Below, piece by piece: positions 9,431 through 19,370 of a DNA stretch of 54,378 bases (positions are counted from its first letter, which is position 1; each line of letters starts with the position of its first letter). Origin of the DNA: an uncultured Methanosarcinales archaeon (GTDB lineage: Archaea; Nanobdellota; Nanobdellia; Woesearchaeales; CAZPJY01); NCBI GenBank assembly GCA_964587045.1, contig CAZPJY010000008.1, forward strand, positions 1 through 54,378. Direction: 5' to 3'. A program made the translations under genes and the position numbers. The notes beneath the pieces were generated by a model. It was not told the DNA's origin, ran no database searches, and was given only the letters and a program-made list of their open reading frames with translations.

Positions 9431-9549
9431 AGCCCCCGGTGGGAGTTGAACCCACGACCTGCGGATTGCTTGAAATCCGGAGATTCCATGCATCATAACC
9501 TCCGGTTGTTGTTACAAGTCCGCCGCACTAGCCACTATGCTACGGGGGC
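9431..9549 (-). tRNA. tRNA-Thr(TGT) with 46-nt intron at 37/38 (intron 9467-9512)
   Basis: GCCCCCG acceptor stem; GCGGA-CT-TGT-A^A-TCCGC anticodon arm; CTTG/CAAG central helix of a relaxed bulge-helix-bulge; mature length 73 nt. Confidence 0.92.
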
Positions 9550-9586
9550 GCGTGATAGAGAATTCCCAGTGCATATATAAAATTTC

Positions 9587-10150
9587 TCACTCGTGTCCCT
9601 TCTCGGGATGGAAGGCCTTTGGAAGGCTCACGAATGTCGCGAGCTCCAGGTGCTGCTTGATGGTGTTCTGCAGCCTGTAAGCCTTGTTGTAGACGACCGA
9701 CATGTGGGCGTCTATCTCCTTTTTGTATATCCTCTTTTGGAAGCTCTCCTTGAACCTTGAGATAAAGGAGCTCTTCTCGAAGTTCTTCCTGTAGTCCAGA
9801 TCGAGGCTTGCTCGCAGGAATATGGTTATCTCCGCCTTGTTGGTAGCGATCTTCTTGCCCTGGTGCATGACCTCCTGATCGCTCATGCCCAGGACGTGCA
9901 TGTCGATGTCAATCAGGTACCTGAGGTAGGAGTTCTGGTCAGGCACCTTGCCGGTCCGCCACCAAACCCATATCTCCTTGCCTCCCATCTGGGTGATCTT
10001 CTCAAGGTAGAGGGTCTCGAACTTGTCATCGCCGGTCGCCATGTCCCTGTAGCCCTCCTCGACCAGCCACTCGTGCATCAGCTTGTACAGCGACTCGACG
10101 TTCACGACCTGCTTGTTGGTTATCTCGAAGTTGGCTACAGTGACTGCCAT
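9587..10150 (-). CDS. Hypothetical protein (187 aa)
   Basis: Likely start MAVTVANF at 10150 downstream of a TTAAATA box; protein-like composition. Confidence 0.75.
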   Translation of the reverse strand: MAVTVANFEITNKQVVNVESLYKLMHEWLVEEGYRDMATGDDKFETLYLEKITQMGGKEIWVWWRTGKVPDQNSYLRYLIDIDMHVLGMSDQEVMHQGKKIATNKAEITIFLRASLDLDYRKNFEKSSFISRFKESFQKRIYKKEIDAHMSVVYNKAYRLQNTIKQHLELATFVSLPKAFHPEKGHE

Positions 10151-10176
10151 GGTATAAAAATGCCGTTTCTCACTAT

Positions 10177-10884
10177 TTAAGTTTTGCGGAAAACGGCCCT
10201 CAAGAGTTTGCCTTTCGGGAACCAGAAGAACACCTTGCCTCCCAGCATGAACCACCTCAGCGACGGCATGGGGGTGCTGACCACCTCGACCCTGCCCTTC
10301 TTGATCGCGTCGATCACAGAGTCGACGTTTTTTTCGGCGTCTATCATGGAGTACGTGTAGCCGAACTGCTCCATGTAGTGGGTGTCTGAGCTCCCGATTA
10401 GTGTCAGGCCGTGCTCCCTCGCTGCGTCGACTGCCTTTCGGTTGAAGTTCGGGAAGTCCCTGCCAAAAACCCTCGTGTAGAAGTTGGAGAACTCCAACGC
10501 ATCAATGACATCCAGATAGTTGAACAGGTCGTCGCCCATGCAGTTCAGCGCCGGATAGAACGGGTGCGGGACATTGACTGCGATGCCCTCGAGGCCTTTT
10601 AGGTCTTCCATGCTCTTAATCCGGTCGAACCTGTCAGGAGGGGGGTTGTAAACTATCACCTCCTTGTCCCCAAACATGAGCTCTGAGCCCGGGATGAGCA
10701 GGATGCCCTTGCTCTCGGCATAGTTCCTGACATCCTTGGGGAAGAAAAGCTTCTTGTGGAAGGTGAACGACAAGACGTCGAACTCCTTCGCAGCGGCGTA
10801 GTCTATCAGCTGCCTTGCGGAATAGTTGATGAAAGGGTCCTTTTTGTCCTCCGACGCGTGGAGGTGCAGGTCGCACTTAAGCAT
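10177..10884 (-). CDS. PHP-domain phosphoesterase
   Basis: MLKCDLHLH, LLIPGSE, VPHPF and GSSDTH metal-binding motifs. Confidence 0.85.
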   Translation of the reverse strand: MLKCDLHLHASEDKKDPFINYSARQLIDYAAAKEFDVLSFTFHKKLFFPKDVRNYAESKGILLIPGSELMFGDKEVIVYNPPPDRFDRIKSMEDLKGLEGIAVNVPHPFYPALNCMGDDLFNYLDVIDALEFSNFYTRVFGRDFPNFNRKAVDAAREHGLTLIGSSDTHYMEQFGYTYSMIDAEKNVDSVIDAIKKGRVEVVSTPMPSLRWFMLGGKVFFWFPKGKLLRAVFRKT

Positions 10885-11024
10885 CTCCCTTCTGGAAACC
10901 TCGAGGCCTATTAAGCTTTGTGAAAGTTCTCGTCTTCGGGATGTCAGGCGAGGTGTTCTCGGAATCCTGCTTATCTTCAAAAAAGGTGAAAAGACTTAAA
11001 TACACCTGTGAATCATTCGTTTTC

Positions 11025-11321
11025 ATGTCGGGCGAGCGTCTTAGGGACATCCAAAAGGACTTCAGGAGCCTTGACCTAGCGCATTATTCCGGATTCCATA
11101 ACAGGATGGTGTCCATGGAGCACCTACTTGTCCAGCACTTCGGCGAAAATTCCGATGTCGCGATTGCATGGAAGATGGCAGTCAAGGAATTCGATGAGAT
11201 CATTGAGGCCAAGAGGCTTGACAATTCGCACAAGGCTAAAAGGGTGATCATCCTTGGTCATATGTCCTTCGTCATAGACAAGGTCAATAGGATGAAGTAT
11301 TTCATCCGTGACCATGAGTAG
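11025..11321 (+). CDS. Hypothetical protein (98 aa)
   Basis: ATG about 25 nt after a TTAAATA box; helical composition. Confidence 0.6.
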   Translation: MSGERLRDIQKDFRSLDLAHYSGFHNRMVSMEHLLVQHFGENSDVAIAWKMAVKEFDEIIEAKRLDNSHKAKRVIILGHMSFVIDKVNRMKYFIRDHE

Positions 11322-11356
11322 ATATCTTTTTATACTTTCTTGGATTCTTTGGGTGG

Positions 11357-12556
11357 ATGCTTGTCGGGGTGGTAGGGAAAGCGAATGTAGGCAAGAGCAC
11401 GTTCTTCAAGGCATTGACTCTGGCCGACGTAGAGATAGCCAACTACCCTTTCGCAACCATCAAACCCAACCAAGGGATAGGCTTCGTCAGGATCGACTGC
11501 GTCGACTCCTTCTTCGGCAAGCAATGCCAGCCCAGGGAGGGGTTCTGCATCGAGCATCAGCGCTTCGTCCCCGTAGACATAATCGATGTTGCCGGCCTGG
11601 TGCCCGGCGCGCATGAGGGCAAGGGGATGGGCAACCAGTTCCTGGACGACCTCAGGCAGGCCGACGTGCTGATTCACGTGATAGATGCCGCCGGCTCCAC
11701 CAACGAGAAGGGCGAGCCGGTGACCCCTGGCACCTACGACCCGGCAGAGGACGTCAAGTTCCTGGAGGTCGAGCTAGACTACTGGTACCTGGGCATCCTC
11801 AAGAAGGGCTGGGAGAAGTTCGCAAGGCAGGTCCAGCAGGAGCATCAGGAGATACACAAGGCGCTGGCAAAGCAGCTGTCAGGGCTGAGGGTGACTGAGG
11901 AGATGGTGTCGTCCTCCCTTAAGAGCAGGGGGATTTTCGAAAAGCCTGCCACATCTTGGACGGATGACGACCTGCTCGGACTCGCAGCTGAGCTCCGCAA
12001 GCTGACCAAGCCCATGGTAATCGCCGCAAACAAGATAGACATGAAGTCCGGGGAAAAGAATCTGGAGAAGCTTAAGAAAGAGTTCCCGGAGCACATGATC
12101 ATCGGCTGCTGCGCCGAGGCTGAGCTCGCACTAAAAGAGGCCTGGCACCACAAGCTCATCAGCTACATACCCGGCGACGCCAAGTTCTCATTGGCCCAGG
12201 GCGCCGAGCTCTCCGAGAAGCAGAAGGCGGCGCTCGACTTCATACAGAAAAACGTCCTTGACAGGTTCGGCTCATCGGGAGTGCAGGAGACCCTCAACAG
12301 GGCCGTGTTCGATCTGCTGGGATACATTGCGGTGTTCCCCGGAGGGACCAAGAAGCTCGAGGACCAGTACGGTCACACCCTGCCGGACTGCTTCCTGATG
12401 CCGCCGAAGAGCACGGTCATCGACTTCGCCTACAGGCTACACTCGGACTTCGGCGACAAGTTCATACGCGCGGTGGACGTCAAGAAGAAGCAGACGGTCG
12501 GGCGCGAACACGCCCTGCAGAGCCTAGACGTCATAGAAATCATCAGTGACAAATAG
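11357..12556 (+). CDS. ychF: YchF/OLA1-family Obg-like ATPase/GTPase (archaeal type)
   Basis: GKANVGKST, NYPFATI, DVAGLVPGA, ANKID, C-terminal TGS domain. Confidence 0.93.
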   Translation: MLVGVVGKANVGKSTFFKALTLADVEIANYPFATIKPNQGIGFVRIDCVDSFFGKQCQPREGFCIEHQRFVPVDIIDVAGLVPGAHEGKGMGNQFLDDLRQADVLIHVIDAAGSTNEKGEPVTPGTYDPAEDVKFLEVELDYWYLGILKKGWEKFARQVQQEHQEIHKALAKQLSGLRVTEEMVSSSLKSRGIFEKPATSWTDDDLLGLAAELRKLTKPMVIAANKIDMKSGEKNLEKLKKEFPEHMIIGCCAEAELALKEAWHHKLISYIPGDAKFSLAQGAELSEKQKAALDFIQKNVLDRFGSSGVQETLNRAVFDLLGYIAVFPGGTKKLEDQYGHTLPDCFLMPPKSTVIDFAYRLHSDFGDKFIRAVDVKKKQTVGREHALQSLDVIEIISDK

Positions 12557-12883
12557 TCCCTCTATGTACCTGTTCTCCCCGTCGAGGGAAACCCCCTTGA
12601 AGACCAGCTCTATGCAATCTTCGTTGAGCCCGCCGGCCGCGAAGGGGTTCTTCTCTCTGTTGTGAGGGCAGACATCCAGGCAGACCTTCTCTATGTTCTC
12701 ACCTTTGAGCTGCTGGTTGTATCTCAGACAGCACAGGTGCCCGTGCAGATTCGGAAAAGGCGCGGTATATACGCCGTCCACGTACCTGCCAGTCTTGCCC
12801 TCAAGCTCGAGCGCGGCGATGTCCCTATCGATAAGCTCATCATCGATGTACACCATGTTGCCATGCACGAATTGCAGTATCAT
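12524..12883 (-). CDS. Hypothetical Cys-containing protein (119 aa)
   Basis: Fills the gap downstream of gatE on the same strand; overlaps the ychF 3' end by 33 nt. Confidence 0.5.
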   Translation of the reverse strand: MILQFVHGNMVYIDDELIDRDIAALELEGKTGRYVDGVYTAPFPNLHGHLCCLRYNQQLKGENIEKVCLDVCPHNREKNPFAAGGLNEDCIELVFKGVSLDGENRYIEGLFVTDDFYDV

Positions 12884-12909
12884 GTTGACGCGGGGAGAAC
12901 TCGTTACTT

Positions 12910-14703
12910 TTAAGGTTTGGCAATGTGCTTCTTGACCAGTTCAGAAATCTTCTTTCCGTCGGCCCTGCCTCGGAAGCGGCCCATGACCATGCCCATGAGG
13001 GCGCCGAAAGGCGCACCCTTGTTCTTGGACACGGTTTCCTTTACTGCCTTCTCAAGCTCCTCGTCGCTTACCATCTTGAACTTGGAGAAGTCAGGCTTCT
13101 TGCCGTGCGCGATGTCGACGAGAAGCTCGAACACGGCATCGTTGTTGATCTCGCCGGCATCCAGCTTCTCAAGGACTGTGTGTATGTGCCTCTTGATGTC
13201 GAGCTCTTTGTTGTGCCTGCGCTTGATCTCCTTTGGGAATACGAGCGCGCTCTCGGCGATCAGGGCGGGCTTCACGTTCTTGTACCTGCCCACCATCTCG
13301 TCCAGGTCGAACCATGCGCTCTTCGCAGCCATCCTGGCCAGGTCCGGGCTGACCTTGTAGACCCTCTCGAACCGGGTCGCCTTCTCTGTCAGGAGCTCTC
13401 CGGTCGTGATGGCCTTCAGCCTCTCGCCAGAGAGGGTGATAGGGTGAATGTCTGTCTCAGGATACATCCTCGCGGCTCCAGGCATGGGGCGTAGGAAGCT
13501 GGTCGTCCCGTCCTTGTTGGCCTTGCGTACCTCCTTTGGGACTCCGTCAGAACACATCTTCGCCCTGAGCCTGACCGCTTCTATCGCGATACGGCATTTC
13601 TCCCTGGTCCCGACCACAAGTGCGAAAGCGTCGTTCTCGCCGACCTTCAGCGAGTCCCTGATCCTCACGACCTCCTCCTTGGCAAAGCCGTACTTGCCTA
13701 GGTCCTCGTCGGAATGTATAATCCCGCCGACGCCTGCCTTTACCTTGGCGTAGTCGGAGAATTCGGTGCCAAGCCTCCTACCAGGCTGCAGCTCCTTTCC
13801 CAGCAGGCCTGCGAACCCGTCCAGCTTGAGCCCGATAACGCAGTCCGCCTTGGCTGCGAAAGAGCATCCGCAATCCTTGAGGTCGAGCTCTTCTGGGTTT
13901 GAGTCAAGCTTCGGTTTGAGGACCTTGAAGGCTTTCTTGATCTCGATGAGGCTCTCCTGGCGCTTGACCTCGAGCTCTGCCAGCTTGGAGATCATCTTGA
14001 GGTCCTGGGCGCCTTTGATCTCAATACGCCTGCCTCCCTCGGTCGACACGTTCACGTCCTGCCTTATGGTGCCAAGACCCCTCTTGACCTTCCGTGTCGA
14101 CCGCAGTATCATACCTATCTTCTCAGCCACCTCCCTGACCTGCTCGTATGTCGTGATGTCAGGATCGGTCGCAATCTCTATGAGTGGGATTCCCAGCCGG
14201 TCAAGGCGGTAGGTAACTTCGTCGCCCTCCCTTGCTATGTCCCTTGCGGCATCCTCTTCTATGCATATGGTTGGTATGCCCACGTCGCCAGAGGGGGTCT
14301 CGAGCTTCCCGTCGGTCGCCACCAGCGCTGTCCTCTGGAAGCCTGACGTGTTCGAGCCGTTGACCACAGTCTTCCTCATGACCTGCACCTGGTCGACGAA
14401 GGAGGCTTTGAGCATCTTCGAGACCTCCAGCACGATGTCAAGCGCCTCCTCATCCATGGGAAGCGGTGGCTCCTCGTCGGCCTCCACCAAACAGGTGGTG
14501 TCGTCGTAAGCCTCGTAGATGTATGTCAGGTCTCGGGCCTGCTCCTGCATTGCAGCTATATCTATGTCGCCGGTCTCGCCTGCCACAGCCCTCAGCTTGC
14601 GGCGGAAGACCCTGTGTGGGACGTCGTCCCTGATTTCGCTTGGGCATCTGCAGAACAGCTTGCCCGTATCGAGCTGCTGGTGAATCTCAATGCCGCATTT
14701 CAT
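12910..14703 (-). CDS. gatE: Glu-tRNA(Gln) amidotransferase subunit E
   Basis: MKCGIEIHQQLDTGKLFC, MRKTVVNGSNTSGFQRT, LDRLGIPLIEIAT, RPMPGAARMYPETD. Confidence 0.97.
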   Translation of the reverse strand: MKCGIEIHQQLDTGKLFCRCPSEIRDDVPHRVFRRKLRAVAGETGDIDIAAMQEQARDLTYIYEAYDDTTCLVEADEEPPLPMDEEALDIVLEVSKMLKASFVDQVQVMRKTVVNGSNTSGFQRTALVATDGKLETPSGDVGIPTICIEEDAARDIAREGDEVTYRLDRLGIPLIEIATDPDITTYEQVREVAEKIGMILRSTRKVKRGLGTIRQDVNVSTEGGRRIEIKGAQDLKMISKLAELEVKRQESLIEIKKAFKVLKPKLDSNPEELDLKDCGCSFAAKADCVIGLKLDGFAGLLGKELQPGRRLGTEFSDYAKVKAGVGGIIHSDEDLGKYGFAKEEVVRIRDSLKVGENDAFALVVGTREKCRIAIEAVRLRAKMCSDGVPKEVRKANKDGTTSFLRPMPGAARMYPETDIHPITLSGERLKAITTGELLTEKATRFERVYKVSPDLARMAAKSAWFDLDEMVGRYKNVKPALIAESALVFPKEIKRRHNKELDIKRHIHTVLEKLDAGEINNDAVFELLVDIAHGKKPDFSKFKMVSDEELEKAVKETVSKNKGAPFGALMGMVMGRFRGRADGKKISELVKKHIAKP

Positions 14704-15977
14704 GGGAACGTACCTATCTCGGTCCTTTCGCTTATCTCGCCCACCAGGTCCTCTGCGATCAGCTCCGCGACCTCCTTGGGCCTGTTCGACAGCAGCCAGG
14801 CCAGCTTGATGTAAGCGGTCTCTGGGGTCATGTCATGGTGGTTGCCAAGCATCCCGCACTTCTGAATGGTCCTTCCGGGCGAGTAGACATCCATGTTTAT
14901 CCTTCCGTAGATGGTCTGGGACGCCATCACGAGGAAGGTCCCGCCCTTCGACAGGTCAGTCAGCGACTTCCTTATCCGGGTGTGCTCCTTGGTGAATTCG
15001 TCTATCTCGGATATGGGCGCGTGCCCCAGGCCCGTGCCCTCGACCACCAGGCCGTCGAAACCCTTGAACGCGAGGACCTCGCCTGCGTACATGTTTGGGT
15101 GTACCTTGAGCAGCCCGACCTTGAGTGACGGCTTGATGTGCGTCACCTTCAGCTTCCTTGACGCGTCCCTTTTGGCCATGCTCCTCAGCATCTCGATTCT
15201 TTCCCCGTTCACCTTGGCGATGGGCAGGCAGTTGATCGGCCTGAAGGTGTCCCTCCTGGAGGTGTGCATCTTCCTGACCTTGCTTCCCTGGAGCATCACG
15301 CACGAGTCGTCGCTCATGTTTGCGTGCATGCAAACTGCGACACCTGCGAAGTCTGAGTTGGCAGCGAACCGGACGGCGCTTAGGAGGTTCACCCCCGCGT
15401 CGCTGGAGCCCCTGTCGGAGCTGCGTTGCGCCCCTACCACGATGACAGGGACAGGCAGGTCCTGGAGCATGAAGCTGAGGGCGGCCGCAGTGTAGTGGAG
15501 CAGGTCGGTTCCGTGCGTTATGATTACCCCGTCGAATCCCTCGGAGACCTGCTTCGCAATCTCGTCTGCGATGAGGTTGAAGTGGTCGAATCTCATGTCG
15601 TCCGACTGCATGTTGCGGATGAGCTTGGATGATACCTGCGCGATGCTGGTGAGCTCAGGGAACATCTCGACAAGGTCGTCGGGAGTGAACTGGGCGATCG
15701 TTCCGCCCGTGTTGTAGTCGACCCTGCTGGCGATTGTGCCTCCGGTGTGCAGGATCATGACCTTCGGCAGCTTTGAGTCCTGCTTTTCCTTCCGAGGCAG
15801 ATGCTTCTGAGCCTTGTAAGCCTCGATGACCTTTGCCTCCTTGACCTCGCCCTTGTCGATCCCGACGTTGTACCCGTTGGACAGTTTCACAACGTAGAAC
15901 TTGTCATCCCCGGGCATGAGAGTGCCTTGCACCTCTCCGCTGCCTGTCCTGACCAAAACTTTGTCACCGGGTTTCAT
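14700..15977 (-). CDS. gatD: Glu-tRNA(Gln) amidotransferase subunit D
   Basis: KLSNGYNVG, TGGTIASRVDY, HGTD, GAQRSSDRGSSD, KMHTSRRD; ATGA overlap with gatE. Confidence 0.97.
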   Translation of the reverse strand: MKPGDKVLVRTGSGEVQGTLMPGDDKFYVVKLSNGYNVGIDKGEVKEAKVIEAYKAQKHLPRKEKQDSKLPKVMILHTGGTIASRVDYNTGGTIAQFTPDDLVEMFPELTSIAQVSSKLIRNMQSDDMRFDHFNLIADEIAKQVSEGFDGVIITHGTDLLHYTAAALSFMLQDLPVPVIVVGAQRSSDRGSSDAGVNLLSAVRFAANSDFAGVAVCMHANMSDDSCVMLQGSKVRKMHTSRRDTFRPINCLPIAKVNGERIEMLRSMAKRDASRKLKVTHIKPSLKVGLLKVHPNMYAGEVLAFKGFDGLVVEGTGLGHAPISEIDEFTKEHTRIRKSLTDLSKGGTFLVMASQTIYGRINMDVYSPGRTIQKCGMLGNHHDMTPETAYIKLAWLLSNRPKEVAELIAEDLVGEISERTEIGTFP

Positions 15978-16053
15978 CTCACGAACGAATCCTGCAGGAT
16001 ATAAAAATATTTCTAGGAAACATTTATATCCAAGCTGCCCCTAAGCGTTTGTC

Positions 16054-16218
16054 ATGGGGCACAGCACATTCACAGCGCTTGCGATGGCGCTCCTTTTCAG
16101 CATCGCGTTGGGTGTTATCATGTATTTCCAGCAGAAGGATGTGATGTTCTCTGCTATATCCTTTGGGGTATCGCTTATCGTCCTTTTCTTCCTGTATTTC
16201 GGTATCCTAAGGCACTAG
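16054..16218 (+). CDS. Small two-TM membrane protein (54 aa; not in ORF track)
   Basis: MGHSTFTALAMALLFSIALGVIMYFQQKDVMFSAISFGVSLIVLFFLYFGILRH; TTTATA box at 16023-16028. Confidence 0.65.
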   Translation: MGHSTFTALAMALLFSIALGVIMYFQQKDVMFSAISFGVSLIVLFFLYFGILRH

Positions 16219-17106
16219 GCTGACCGCCAAGACTATGCCGTAGCCGACGAAGCATCCCAGCGTCAGGAAAGGCATCGCCGGGTAGAACTTGTCCTTCTTT
16301 GCGAAGTAGAACAGCAGGAACAGGGAAATAGTGACGACTATCGAGATGGTGATGGCGTTGATGATGCCCATGGACTTCATCACGACAGCCGAGAATATGA
16401 GGGGGAACGCGACGTCGCCGCCGCCGAGTATCGCGGTCCTAGGGGCTTTCGGGGCCGAAGTGTTGGCCTTCTCTGGGACCGCCTCCTTGATCTCCGGAGC
16501 CGCCTTCCTGTCATACGGGATGAAGAGGCCTGCGAAGAGCTTCTGGCCGGTCTGGAACTTGGCTAGTGCCACCATGTGCTTGCTGTGCCAGACGGCATAC
16601 ATATCGTATGCAGATATAAGGATTAGCAGCATCACTGCTGCGAATAGGTTCATGATGGGCACGAATATCGCCGCTATCCCTGCGTACAGGAATATCTCTG
16701 TGAAATTGTGAACATAGATGTTCGAGCGGAACACCTTGAAGATGCTGAGGACGAGAGCGAGGACGAAGGCTATCAGCTCTGGGAGGAATGCCCCGAAGGC
16801 GAAGGTCAGGCATATCAGCACCGACACAAAGAACCACCCCTTCCATATCATTCTCTTCTTGTACTTCATGATCAGGATCGCGATTCCTGTGCCGATCAGG
16901 ATGGCCAGTATTATGAATATGTAGGACTGGGACTCGTTGACCTCGGGGCGCTGCACGTCGAAGGGAAGCTGCTTCCACTGGATCACCTCCACCCCGGCCT
17001 CAGTGACTGTCGTCGTGATGTACTGGCTCGTTATCACGAGACCGACAAGCTGGGTCAGCAGGAACATCAGCACGAGAGCGAGCGTGATAGGTATGGTGTG
17101 CTTCAT
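16207..17106 (-). CDS. Presenilin/signal-peptide-peptidase family intramembrane aspartyl protease
   Basis: YD (SAYDMYAVW), GxGD (LGGGD) and PAM motifs; about 9 TM segments; start MKHT at 17106. Confidence 0.92.
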   Translation of the reverse strand: MKHTIPITLALVLMFLLTQLVGLVITSQYITTTVTEAGVEVIQWKQLPFDVQRPEVNESQSYIFIILAILIGTGIAILIMKYKKRMIWKGWFFVSVLICLTFAFGAFLPELIAFVLALVLSIFKVFRSNIYVHNFTEIFLYAGIAAIFVPIMNLFAAVMLLILISAYDMYAVWHSKHMVALAKFQTGQKLFAGLFIPYDRKAAPEIKEAVPEKANTSAPKAPRTAILGGGDVAFPLIFSAVVMKSMGIINAITISIVVTISLFLLFYFAKKDKFYPAMPFLTLGCFVGYGIVLAVSLVP

Positions 17107-17179
17107 GCGAGTTACAATTGCTCGGCCATATTTAATTGTTTGCACAAGCCATAATAATGACTTGTTGTTTTCTTTTGGC

Positions 17180-17638
17180 ATGGGCTTTTACCGCGTGACC
17201 GTTTCAGTTTTTTCCAAACCCGAGGACGAACCGGCGAGAATAGAGGAGGCGTTGAGATCGTTGTTCCCTTTCAGCCTTGAGGATCAGAAGATAGTTCTCA
17301 AGAGGACGAAGGCGATCGGCTTCAACGAGCGGGAGATAATAGTGTTCGAGGTGACGCTGGACAAGAGGTCTCACATAAGGAAGTTCTCCGACCAATTCTT
17401 CGGCAGCCTCACTGAAGACCAGCGCGGCCTCCTCGTTAGGCAGCTGGAATCACGGCTTGACGAGCACCTTCACTTCTTCATCAGGCTCGACAAGCCCAGG
17501 CTCCTCTCCGGCAAGAGGTTCATCACAGACTCGGGAGACTGCTTCCACTGCAAGTTCTCGGTCGAGGTCTTTCCCCGCTCAAGGGAGAATGCACTCGAAG
17601 ACCTAAGGAGCCTGCTGGGTGGTGGTGCTGATGCCTGA
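17180..17638 (+). CDS. Archaeal RNA-binding protein (DUF54/COG1325-like)
   Basis: ED..RIEEAL, GFNEREI, RLDE.LHFFIRLDK, GDC motifs. Confidence 0.75.
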   Translation: MGFYRVTVSVFSKPEDEPARIEEALRSLFPFSLEDQKIVLKRTKAIGFNEREIIVFEVTLDKRSHIRKFSDQFFGSLTEDQRGLLVRQLESRLDEHLHFFIRLDKPRLLSGKRFITDSGDCFHCKFSVEVFPRSRENALEDLRSLLGGGADA

Positions 17639-18227
17639 CTTCGTCTACAGGTACAAGGGCAACATCTACATCAACCTGACCAACAGGTGTGTGAACAGGT
17701 GCACTTTTTGTGATGTCTCGGTGCTGTCGAAGGATACTGGAGCACAGCTCAAGCTCGACCGGGAACCGAGGATATCCGAAGTCATCAGTGACCTCAAGGC
17801 TCGGTTGAAGACCGAATGCGGTGAGATAGTCTTCTGCGGGGTCGGCGAGCCCCTGCTCAGGCTCGACGACGTGATCCAGATCACCAGGTGGATGGTCCAT
17901 AACACCGAGATACCCGTGAGGGTGAACACAGCAGGCACGGTGCAGAGGCTTTACCCCGGGCGGGACGTCGCATCGGAGCTCAGGAGGGCTGGAGTGAAGA
18001 GGATATCCATATCCCTAAATGCTGTCACTCCCGACGACTATGATAATCTCTGCAGGCCGAAATATGATGATGCGTACGAAGACCTGCTCAGGTTCGTCCA
18101 CAGGTGTAAGGAGAAGGGGCTTGAGACCACTGTAAGCTTCATCACCGACCTCGCAGACGAGGAGCAGGCGGAAGCACTGGCCCTGGCGCTCGGGGTGAAG
18201 GCAATCTTCCGCAGCCTCAGGAAATAG
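17631..18227 (+). CDS. TatD-associated-type radical SAM protein
   Basis: YINLTNRCVNRCTFC (CxxxCxxC), LKLDREP, EIVFCGVGEP, SISLNA, CRP. Confidence 0.85.
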   Translation: MPDFVYRYKGNIYINLTNRCVNRCTFCDVSVLSKDTGAQLKLDREPRISEVISDLKARLKTECGEIVFCGVGEPLLRLDDVIQITRWMVHNTEIPVRVNTAGTVQRLYPGRDVASELRRAGVKRISISLNAVTPDDYDNLCRPKYDDAYEDLLRFVHRCKEKGLETTVSFITDLADEEQAEALALALGVKAIFRSLRK

Positions 18228-18264
18228 TCAAGTTTTTATTCTATCCAGAAATTCCACCCAACCA

Positions 18265-19344
18265 ATGGCAAGGGTTTTTTTGTACGTCGCAATGTTCCTA
18301 CTGTTCTTCAGCGTACTTTTCATGATCCACGTCGTCGTCGGTCTGAGGCTCCTTAAGATGTTTTCCATCAGGCCTTCATGGCTCATCTTTCTCGCATCAG
18401 GTCTCCTTACGCTGTCGTTCGTGGTAATGACCGTGCTTGAGAGGACCTGGCCCAATTTCATCACAAAGGTTTTCTATATCGCGAGCAGCACCTGGCTTGG
18501 GGTGCTGCTACTGCTTTTCGGACTGGTGCTCATCGCGGAACTGCTCATGCTGGCTTTGCCTGCAGCAAGGCCTTTCATGGGATGGTCTGTAATCATTCTG
18601 ACGCTGATATTGACAGGGATATCAGTTGCGAATGCTGCCACCGAGACGGTGAGGGAAGTGAGCGTCAGAATCGACGGTCTTGATGAGGAAGTCCGTCTGG
18701 TCCAGATATCGGACCTGCATCTCGGCACAGCCCGGGGAGGAAAATACCTCAAAGGCATCGTCGACAGGGTCAACTCGCTCTCACCGGACGCCGTAGTTAT
18801 AACAGGCGACCTGTTCGACAGCTCCAGGAAGCTCCCTCCAAGTGATTACGCTCCCCTCAACCAGCTGGAGGCGCCAGCCTATTTCATAACAGGTAACCAT
18901 GAGGTCTACGAAGGCCTGGACTACGTTAGGAGCACGCTCAAGACGACCAAGGTGAGGATGCTCGACGACGAGATAGTGGACTTTAAGGGGATCCAGCTGG
19001 TCGGAATATCATACCCTCCGGATGAGAGGAGGGGCAACGACAAGGTCGCAAGTGTCGGAATCGACAAGGATAAGCCGGCGGTCCTGCTCTACCACGCACC
19101 CCTCGGGCTTGATGAGGCTAGGGATGCTGGGGTCGACCTTCAGCTGTCGGGCCACACTCACGCCGGGCAGGTTTTCCCGTTCAACTTGTTGGTCAGGCTG
19201 GTCTATCCATATGTCTCAGGGCTGCATGACCACGGAGGGATGAAGATATACATCTCGCCTGGCACTGCCACGTGGGGGCCTCCCATGAGGCTTGGCTCGA
19301 GGAACGAGATAACCCTGCTGACCCTCAGCCCAAAAGATTTATAA
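18265..19344 (+). CDS. Membrane-anchored metallophosphoesterase (YkuE/YaeI-like)
   Basis: 4 N-terminal TMs; SDLH, TGD, GNHE, SGHTHAGQ, WGPPMR. Confidence 0.9.
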   Translation: MARVFLYVAMFLLFFSVLFMIHVVVGLRLLKMFSIRPSWLIFLASGLLTLSFVVMTVLERTWPNFITKVFYIASSTWLGVLLLLFGLVLIAELLMLALPAARPFMGWSVIILTLILTGISVANAATETVREVSVRIDGLDEEVRLVQISDLHLGTARGGKYLKGIVDRVNSLSPDAVVITGDLFDSSRKLPPSDYAPLNQLEAPAYFITGNHEVYEGLDYVRSTLKTTKVRMLDDEIVDFKGIQLVGISYPPDERRGNDKVASVGIDKDKPAVLLYHAPLGLDEARDAGVDLQLSGHTHAGQVFPFNLLVRLVYPYVSGLHDHGGMKIYISPGTATWGPPMRLGSRNEITLLTLSPKDL

Positions 19345-19370
19345 GTCCGTCAGGACCACGATTCTTAATC

